Positions 53,610 through 60,264 of a stretch of DNA of 64,000 nucleotides are shown here, piece after piece (position 1 is the first letter of the stretch; each line of letters opens with the position of its first letter). Source of the DNA: Ectothiorhodospiraceae bacterium (GTDB lineage: Bacteria; Pseudomonadota; Gammaproteobacteria; Nitrococcales; Aquisalimonadaceae); NCBI GenBank assembly GCA_007125985.1, contig SLCE01000051.1, positions 4,991 to 68,990 of the forward strand, given 5' to 3'. The translations under genes were made by a program, and so were the position numbers. The notes under the pieces were generated by a model. It had not been told where the DNA came from. It made no database searches and saw nothing but the letters and a program-made list of their open reading frames with translations.

Positions 53610-54881
53610 TCAGTTGCCCATGACTCCCTCGAAAGGCTGCACGTCAACGTACTCGCCCGCCGCTATCGCCCCGCTGTCGTGTGGCACGACGATGAAGCAG
53701 TTCGCCCGGCTGACCGAATTCAGAATGCCCGAGCCCTGGCTGCCCGTGGTCCGGACCACCAGTTCCCCGTCCGGTTGCCGTTTCAGAATGCCCCGCTGGA
53801 ATTCTGTGCGGCCGGGGCGTTTGCGCAGGCGGTCCAGCGTTCGTACCCGAAAGCTCAAGGGGCGCTCCAGCTTCTGTCCCATCATGCGGCGCAGTGCCGG
53901 CTGAACGAACTGGTACCAGGTGGCCACCACGGAAACCGGATTGCCGGGTAGGCCGAAGAACCGGGCTGAACCGATACGGCCGAATGCCAGCGGGCGTCCC
54001 GGCCGCATGGCAATTTTCCAGAAGCTCACTTCGCCCAGCTGTTCGAGGATATCCTTGACGAAGTCTGCTTCTCCAACGGATACGCCGCCGGAGGTGATGA
54101 CAGCGTCCGCGAAACCGGCGGCGTCACGGAAGGCGGTCTCCATCGCTGCCGGCTCGTCCGGAACCACGCCCATGTCGGTGACGTCCACGCCCAGGCGTTG
54201 CAGAACGGCGTGAAGGGTGTAACGGTTGCTATCGTAGATCTGGCCCGCCTCCAGCTGCGTACCGGCACTCTGCAGTTCATCGCCGGTGGAGAAATAAGCC
54301 ACGCGAAGCCGGCGGTACACGCCAATCTCCACCAGACCAAGGGATCCCAGCATGCCGAGTTCCGCCGGTCCCACACGCGTGCCGGCTGAGAACACGGTCT
54401 GCCCCAGTTGCAGGTCCTCGCCGGCGCGGCGGACGTTCTGGCCCGGTTTATGGTCGGCGCCAATGCGCACGGAGTTCCCATCCGCTTCGGCCTGTTCCTG
54501 GATCACCACCGTGTCACTGCCCGGCGGCATGGGTGCCCCGGTCATGATGCGCACACACTCGCCCGCGGCCACCGTCCCGTGGAACGGGCGGCCGGCGAGC
54601 GCGGTGCCCACCAGCCGCAGCGCGGCCGTGCCTGATGCCGGCAGGTCGGCGGCGCGCAGCGCATAGCCATCCATGGCGGAGTTGTCATGCGCGGGGACAT
54701 CCACAGTGGAGCGGATATCCTCGGCCAGCACCCGACCCAGCGACTGGCGGACATTAAGGCGTTCCACACCGGCGACGGGCTGGATGTCGGTCTGGATGCG
54801 CTCCCAGGCAGCGTCTACGGGTAGGGAGGTCGGGTCGGAATCGTCCTGGCAGGACGGATCAAAACTGATCTGCTTGTTCAT
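53610..54881 (-). CDS. moeA: Molybdopterin molybdenumtransferase MoeA
   Basis: 423 aa with SAMDGYALRA, GGVSVGEADF and LPGNPVS motifs. Confidence 0.92.
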   Translation of the reverse strand: MNKQISFDPSCQDDSDPTSLPVDAAWERIQTDIQPVAGVERLNVRQSLGRVLAEDIRSTVDVPAHDNSAMDGYALRAADLPASGTAALRLVGTALAGRPFHGTVAAGECVRIMTGAPMPPGSDTVVIQEQAEADGNSVRIGADHKPGQNVRRAGEDLQLGQTVFSAGTRVGPAELGMLGSLGLVEIGVYRRLRVAYFSTGDELQSAGTQLEAGQIYDSNRYTLHAVLQRLGVDVTDMGVVPDEPAAMETAFRDAAGFADAVITSGGVSVGEADFVKDILEQLGEVSFWKIAMRPGRPLAFGRIGSARFFGLPGNPVSVVATWYQFVQPALRRMMGQKLERPLSFRVRTLDRLRKRPGRTEFQRGILKRQPDGELVVRTTGSQGSGILNSVSRANCFIVVPHDSGAIAAGEYVDVQPFEGVMGN

Positions 54882-54900
54882 GTGATGGGATTGGTTCGCC

Positions 54901-55911
54901 TTATCCCCCGGTCACACTCATGTGCCGGAAGATCACGGGTTTGGCGTCCAGGTTGAAGTCATGACCACGGGGCTTGATGTCCATGGCGGCGACAATGGCA
55001 CGCTTGAGTCGGTCCATGTCGCCGGGATGACTGCGCAGGACCTGTTTCAGGTTCATGGAGTGCTCCTGGCCCAGGCACAGAAGCAGTTGCCCCTCCGTGG
55101 TTACGCGCACCCGGTTGCAGCTGTCACAGAAATTGTGACTATGCGGCGAAATGAAACCAACGCGCGTATCGCTGCCCGGAATCCGGAAATAGCGGGACGG
55201 ACCACCGGTTTTCTCCGCCGTTTCCACCAGTTCATGCCGTGCGCGGATCAGATCTGCCACCTCGTCACTGGACATGTAGACTTCGGCGCGATCATGGTCG
55301 TCGATGACGCCCAGCGGCATTTCCTCGATGAAACTGATGTCCATGCCGCGATCAAGGACGTAGCGCACCAGGTCGAGGATTTCATCGTCGTTGCGGTTCC
55401 GCATGGCGACGGTATTGATCTTGATACGCTCGAAACCTGCATCCCGGGCCGCGTCGATCCCCCGCAGGACCTTGTGCAGATCGCCAACCCGGGTGATGCG
55501 GCGGAAGCGCTCCGGATCGAGGCTGTCCAGGCTGATGTTCAGGCGTCGTACGCCGGCATCCCGTAGGGGCTGTGCCAGGCGCTCCAGCTGTGAACCGTTG
55601 GTGGTCAGCGTCAGTTCGCGGAGCCCGGGCAATCGGCCCAACTCGCGAAACAGCCAGATCACATTATTGCGGACCAGAGGCTCACCCCCGGTGATGCGGA
55701 GCTTCGTGACCCCCAATTCGGTGAAGGCGCGACCCAGCGTGGCCATTTCCTCCAGCGTCAGCACCTGTGCCCGGGGCAGAAACGTCATGTCTTCGCTCAT
55801 GCAATACACACAGCGAAAATCGCAACGGTCTGTGACTGACAGGCGCACATAGGTCACGTGTCGCCCGAATCGGTCCACAAGCTTGTCCGGGAGTCCGCTG
55901 TCTGCGCTCAT
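54901..55911 (-). CDS. moaA: GTP 3',8-cyclase MoaA (radical SAM)
   Basis: CDFRCVYC radical-SAM motif, C-terminal CDSCNRVR cluster motif, and a terminal GG. Start placed at ATG 55911 ([17 protein letters not shown]). Confidence 0.92.
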   Translation of the reverse strand: MSADSGLPDKLVDRFGRHVTYVRLSVTDRCDFRCVYCMSEDMTFLPRAQVLTLEEMATLGRAFTELGVTKLRITGGEPLVRNNVIWLFRELGRLPGLRELTLTTNGSQLERLAQPLRDAGVRRLNISLDSLDPERFRRITRVGDLHKVLRGIDAARDAGFERIKINTVAMRNRNDDEILDLVRYVLDRGMDISFIEEMPLGVIDDHDRAEVYMSSDEVADLIRARHELVETAEKTGGPSRYFRIPGSDTRVGFISPHSHNFCDSCNRVRVTTEGQLLLCLGQEHSMNLKQVLRSHPGDMDRLKRAIVAAMDIKPRGHDFNLDAKPVIFRHMSVTGG

Positions 55912-56025
55912 GGGCGTCCTCGTTTTCTTGGTTCTGCGCCGGAAACAGTCCGACATAGCCCACAATACAAATATCATGCCTCGAACGAAAGCCTGCCAGG
56001 GTGTTTTCAGTGTATTTCCCTGCAA

Positions 56026-56049
56026 CCGGCGCCAGAAGCCGGTTTTTTT
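56026..56049 (+). terminator. Orphan terminator-like hairpin with a T7 run in the moaA / FDH divergent region
   Basis: CCGGC-gccagaa-GCCGG followed by TTTTTTT on the plus strand. There is no plus-strand gene upstream. Confidence 0.4.
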
Positions 56050-56109
56050 CTGCAGTTTGACGCATGAGCACGCGCCGGGTCAGACCCTGTTACGCGTCCT
56101 GCCCCAAAG

Positions 56110-56144
56110 CCGGAGCACCATGGGAATAGATCAGTGCTTCCCCA
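56110..56144 (+). repeat. Dispersed intergenic repeat, copy B
   Basis: CCGGAGCACCATGGGAATAGATCAGTGCTTCCCCA, about 150 nt upstream of the sigma54-like promoter. Confidence 0.85.
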
Positions 56145-56276
56145 GAAATATGGTGCAGCGTGTCATGGTGCATTTTGTCTCAGTGTTACCCGCGGCGGTC
56201 GCTTTTGACCCAGTGTCACGCACTCCTGACAACGGCGCGGACACGCCACAGGTAGCAATATGCTGCATCTATCTAC

Positions 56277-56292
56277 TGGTACGGGGTTTGCT
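56277..56292 (+). promoter_or_regulatory. Sigma54-type -24/-12 promoter candidate for the FDH accessory/structural operon
   Basis: TGGTAC-GGGGT-TTGCT has one mismatch to TGGCAC-N5-TTGCW, with correct GG-to-GC spacing. It lies about 45 nt before the GGAGGAG RBS and TTG 56338. Confidence 0.5.
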
Positions 56293-56337
56293 AGGAAATC
56301 AGTCAAACACACGAAAATCTGGAGGAGAGCCACGCCC

Positions 56338-56922
56338 TTGCGTCTGAATGATCAGAATGATCAGAGCAGTGACCAGCAATCCGTGGACCATGCGCTGCCC
56401 GGAGTGGCGCGTTTGCCTGTGGCCGTGATGATCGGCTGCCCCGGCGGTGAACCTGCCAAATCGGCGCGGAATTGGCAGATCACCGGTGTGATCGCGGGTC
56501 AGCAATTCGCTGCCGATCAGGTCCAGTGCAGCCAGGTGCGGTCCGGGCCGGACGCCGAATTGTATCTCTGGCGGGGTTTCAGTCTGCGGCTGCGGCCTGC
56601 GCAGGCGGCGGACTATGCGCTCAATCTGGGCTCCGGCAACCCGCGGGTGTTCGTGATTGCGCGGTTTGAGCCCGGTTTCGGGCTGCGCCCGCTGCAAGTC
56701 ACGGTCAGCCTGGATGAGGCGCAGAATCTCGACACCACCGAGCTGCGCAGTGCTGATGAACTGGTGCTCAACGCTCCCATGCCGGGAGAGGTTGGGCTTT
56801 GGGTGGAGGATTTCGTTAACACGCACTACCAGCCGCGCCGCAAGGGCGGCAAGCGCGGTAAGCGGCGCAGCAAAGCGATTTATGACGCGGAAGTCGGAGA
56901 CTACGCCGGAGACGATGCATGA
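56338..56922 (+). CDS. DUF3305-like protein (formate dehydrogenase cluster associated)
   Basis: Conserved core PVAVMIGC...WQITGV...LYLWRGF. GGAGGAG RBS 10 nt before TTG 56338. The ORF is open from ATG 56260, but that would place the sigma54-like promoter inside it. Start uncertain. Confidence 0.7.
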   Translation: MRLNDQNDQSSDQQSVDHALPGVARLPVAVMIGCPGGEPAKSARNWQITGVIAGQQFAADQVQCSQVRSGPDAELYLWRGFSLRLRPAQAADYALNLGSGNPRVFVIARFEPGFGLRPLQVTVSLDEAQNLDTTELRSADELVLNAPMPGEVGLWVEDFVNTHYQPRRKGGKRGKRRSKAIYDAEVGDYAGDDA

Positions 56923-57569
56923 CTGAGCAAAAGACTCCCGTGAATCCAAAGATCACCGCAGAGCTGGAATCCGAGGAAACCGGTTTTCTGAGCCGTTGGT
57001 CCCGCCGCAAAGCCGGGTTGGAGCCGGAAGAGCCCGATGTTCCGATGCCCACGACGGAACAAGCGGTGCCAGAGCAGGCGAGTGGTGAAGCGGCAGGGGC
57101 AACGGATTCTGTCCGGGTGGACCCCCGCACGGGAAAACCGGTGGATGAGCTCACGGATGAGGACATGCCGCCGGTGGAGTCCCTGAATGAGAATTCGGAC
57201 CTCAGTGTGTTCATGGGCAAACGCATTTCGCCCGCCCTGCGCATGAAAGCGCTTAACCGGGTATTTCATACCGCCAAGTTCAACAAAGTGTGTTTGTGCG
57301 CCGAGTACGCGGACGACTACACGAATTTCACGCCCATGGGCGACATCATCCCCCACGATCTGAAACAGGCGATCGTGCGTGAGGCCACCAAGCTCCGTGA
57401 CCGCTTGTCCGAACACGGCTTGGAAATCAGTGCCGAGGATGCCGAGACGCGCGTGGCCGCCGAGTACCGCGGAGAAAAGCTCCCGGATATCGAGGAATTG
57501 GCCCGGGAGACCACGCAGCAGGAAATCGCACAGGCGGAGCGGGAGCGCCCCGACCGCCTGCAAGGCTGA
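56919..57569 (+). CDS. DUF3306-like protein (formate dehydrogenase cluster associated)
   Basis: N-terminal GFLSRWSRRK motif. ATG overlaps the upstream stop (ATGA). Confidence 0.75.
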   Translation: MTEQKTPVNPKITAELESEETGFLSRWSRRKAGLEPEEPDVPMPTTEQAVPEQASGEAAGATDSVRVDPRTGKPVDELTDEDMPPVESLNENSDLSVFMGKRISPALRMKALNRVFHTAKFNKVCLCAEYADDYTNFTPMGDIIPHDLKQAIVREATKLRDRLSEHGLEISAEDAETRVAAEYRGEKLPDIEELARETTQQEIAQAERERPDRLQG

Positions 57570-57606
57570 CACCGACGCCGGGTACAACCTGGCCAACAGA
57601 GACGCC

Positions 57607-59331
57607 ATGACAGAACTTCTGAGACTTTACGACGACCTGGGTTTTGGTGAGGACGCTCGTGCCACGGCGGCACGGCGTGCCGCTCTTGCCGCAGCGCTGG
57701 CTGTGGAGGTGGACCCGACATCGATTGTTGATTATCGGTCCGCCGGATTCCTGCTCATCATCGGTGGCGAGTTGGATGCCCTGGAGTGTGCCGATATGCT
57801 GCGGAGCCGGCTCCATTGCACTGTCATGGCCACGAATCGGCACGACGGGGAACTCTCCGAGTCGGCCCGGTCGGCGCTTGCGGACGAGGGGCAGGTGCTC
57901 ATGCTTCACGGTGAGCCGGGACCGATTGAAGGTCATCTGGGAAGGTTTTCGGTCCGCCTGCGCACACCCCGGGGAGAGGATCTGGCGCCAGCGGAGTTCA
58001 GCCGCGCGGATCACCCCTATTTCGATCTGGTGCTGGATTTGCGTCGCGAGCCCGGGCTGCGCATGGAACTGCCACCGTTCGGTTATTACGCCCCGGCCGG
58101 GGATGCCGAGCGGCTTGCGCGGGCCATGGACGAGATACCGCAGATGACCGGGGAATTCGAAAAGCCGCGTTTCTATCATTACAACCCGGACATCTGTGCC
58201 CACGGTGATAGCGGGCTCACCGGGTGTACACGCTGCATCGACGCCTGCCCGACGGGTGCTATCCGCTCACTGGGTGAGCAGGTGGAGGTTGATCCGTATC
58301 TATGTCAGGGCGCGGGCACCTGCGCCAGTGTCTGCCCAAGCGGCGCCATGATTTACGCCTATCCCGGGCCCAAGGACCAGATTGCCCGGCTCCGGGGGAT
58401 GTTGCAGGCATATCGTGATGCGGGAGGTGAGGCCGGCCCGCTACTGGTATTTCATGATGACGAGGCCGGTGAGCAGCGTCTGCGGGCGTTGGCACCGGGG
58501 CTGCCCGTGAACAGTATTCCCGTGCGGGTGGCGGACATCGGTTCCGTGGGTATGGATCAGTGGTTCAGCGCGCTGGCCTATGGCGCCGGGGGTATTGTGC
58601 TGATCGACACCGGAGAGGTTCCGGGCACCGTGCGTGGCGCCATGCAGGCACAACTGGACTACGCACGTCCTATCCTGGAGGCCATGGGCTACAGCCCGCA
58701 GCGGCTTTGCTGGCTCGATGTCCACCAACAGGCTGACGCCCTGGATGGCATTGATCCACTGGACATTTCGGCCGCCAGCTTCGATACCTTTAATGAGAAG
58801 CGTGGCACCTTGCGTCTGGCGCTGGACCATCTGTTTGAGCAGGGCAGTGCGCGGCCGGTGGAGGTCAATCTGCCCCAGGGCGCACCCTTCGGGCGCGTGC
58901 AGGTGGATACCGAGGCCTGCACGTTGTGCATGTCCTGTCCGCAGGTCTGTCCGACCCGGGCTTTGACGGATGCCGGCGACAAGCCGCAGCTGAGCTTCAC
59001 CGAAGATCTCTGCGTGCAATGCGGCCTCTGTGAGGTCGCTTGCCCGGAGAACGCGATCACGCTGGATGCCCGCTTCCTGTTCGACTGGGAGCAGCGGCGG
59101 CGTCCGCGGGTGCTGAATGAGGAGGAGCCGTTCTGTTGTGTGAGTTGCGGCAAGCCGTTCGCCACGGCCAGCGTGATTCAGCGTATGACGCAGCGGCTAG
59201 AAGGCCATCACATGTTCCAGACGGCTGAAGCTGTGCGTCGCCTGCAGATGTGCGGGGACTGCCGGGTGGTGGACATGTTCCAGGACGATCTGGAAGGCGG
59301 TTCCAAGCCGCGTTGGTTCGGGCCGCAATAG
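57607..59331 (+). CDS. Multi-cluster 4Fe-4S ferredoxin-domain protein (FDH cluster)
   Basis: Four CxxCxxCxxxCP motifs (CTRCIDACP, CQGAGTCASVCP, CTLCMSCPQVCP, CVQCGLCEVACP) plus a C-terminal CCVSC...CGDC. Start at ATG 57607 (MTELLRLYDD). Confidence 0.85.
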   Translation: MTELLRLYDDLGFGEDARATAARRAALAAALAVEVDPTSIVDYRSAGFLLIIGGELDALECADMLRSRLHCTVMATNRHDGELSESARSALADEGQVLMLHGEPGPIEGHLGRFSVRLRTPRGEDLAPAEFSRADHPYFDLVLDLRREPGLRMELPPFGYYAPAGDAERLARAMDEIPQMTGEFEKPRFYHYNPDICAHGDSGLTGCTRCIDACPTGAIRSLGEQVEVDPYLCQGAGTCASVCPSGAMIYAYPGPKDQIARLRGMLQAYRDAGGEAGPLLVFHDDEAGEQRLRALAPGLPVNSIPVRVADIGSVGMDQWFSALAYGAGGIVLIDTGEVPGTVRGAMQAQLDYARPILEAMGYSPQRLCWLDVHQQADALDGIDPLDISAASFDTFNEKRGTLRLALDHLFEQGSARPVEVNLPQGAPFGRVQVDTEACTLCMSCPQVCPTRALTDAGDKPQLSFTEDLCVQCGLCEVACPENAITLDARFLFDWEQRRRPRVLNEEEPFCCVSCGKPFATASVIQRMTQRLEGHHMFQTAEAVRRLQMCGDCRVVDMFQDDLEGGSKPRWFGPQ

Positions 59332-59342
59332 GGAGCGTCGAG

Positions 59343-59960
59343 ATGAAGGCAGTAGATCAAATCCCGAACGACAGCGCTGTTGCGGCACAGGATGCGCAGC
59401 GTGCGGGAACCTGGACATTGCTCGGCCGTCTGCTTGCCGGGCCGCCGGACCATCAGGTTCTGGAACTGATCAAAGGCATCGGAGATGCATCGCCCGGAAA
59501 CCCGGATCCCGTTGCCCAGGGCTGGATGGACCTGAGGCAGGCGGCTTTGGAAATGGCTCCCGAGCAGCTGGATCCGGAATTTCAGGATGTGTTCATCGGC
59601 ATGGGCGGCGGGGAAGTGACCCCGTATGCCTCCTGGTACCGATCCGGCTCTCTGATGGAGCGCCCGTTGGTGGCGGTGCGGCAGGAACTGGAGGCGCTGG
59701 GTATCCGGCGTCTGGCAGACAACAACGAGCCGGAGGATCACGCGGCCACACTGTGCGAGACCATGGCGCTGGTGATCAGTGATCCGGAAGTGGACTTCGA
59801 CTGGCAGCGGGACTTCTTCCAGCGGCATCTGGAGCCCTGGATGGGGCACTTTTTCAAGGATCTTCAGCAGGCGCCCTCAGCCCGATTCTATAAGGCAGTG
59901 GGGGGGCTTGGTGAGACCTTTGTGCGGCTTGAGGAACGTTTCTTTGCCATGCCGGCCTGA
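59343..59960 (+). CDS. TorD/DmsD-like molybdoenzyme chaperone
   Basis: All-helical, about 205 aa, TorD-family pattern (EFQDVFIG...PYASWY...EPEDHAATLCE). Lies immediately upstream of the TAT-signal genes. Confidence 0.8.
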   Translation: MKAVDQIPNDSAVAAQDAQRAGTWTLLGRLLAGPPDHQVLELIKGIGDASPGNPDPVAQGWMDLRQAALEMAPEQLDPEFQDVFIGMGGGEVTPYASWYRSGSLMERPLVAVRQELEALGIRRLADNNEPEDHAATLCETMALVISDPEVDFDWQRDFFQRHLEPWMGHFFKDLQQAPSARFYKAVGGLGETFVRLEERFFAMPA

Positions 59961-60012
59961 GCGTCGGCATTTGATAACGAGACATTGCGATTGAGTGAGG
60001 GAGGAGAGAGCA

Positions 60013-60222
60013 ATGAGCAGACAAGAGGATCAGGGGCTGACGTCCCGTCGACGTTTTCTGAAGACGGTGGCCGCCACCGGCGGCGCCGTGGCCGTGACCG
60101 CAGCTGTGGGCCAGGCGGCAACTGCATCGGAGAGCGAACCCGAGCAGCCCGCGGCTCGCAGCGAGACCGGCTACCACGAAACCCCGCATATCCGGGACTA
60201 CTACGCCAGGGCGGAGTTCTGA
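60013..60222 (+). CDS. Small twin-arginine-signal protein of the FDH region
   Basis: 69 aa, SRRRFLKTVAATGGAVAV, conserved C-terminus YHETPHIRDYY. GAGGAGAG RBS. Confidence 0.75.
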   Translation: MSRQEDQGLTSRRRFLKTVAATGGAVAVTAAVGQAATASESEPEQPAARSETGYHETPHIRDYYARAEF

Positions 60223-60264
60223 GGCCCGTGCCCCGGAACTCCCGCTGACGTAAGGAGAACGACC

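Noticed and set aside
52805-53647. N-terminal 281 aa of the 651-aa track ORF 51692..53647
   Set aside because: Antisense to the JAMM and CysO-like genes, which have exact catalytic and GG motifs. The propeller begins at ATG 52804.
55883-56347. 154-aa plus-strand ORF spanning the moaA start and the divergent region
   Set aside because: It overlaps the moaA 5' end in antisense, runs through a terminator-like hairpin and repeat copy B, and has no coding signature.
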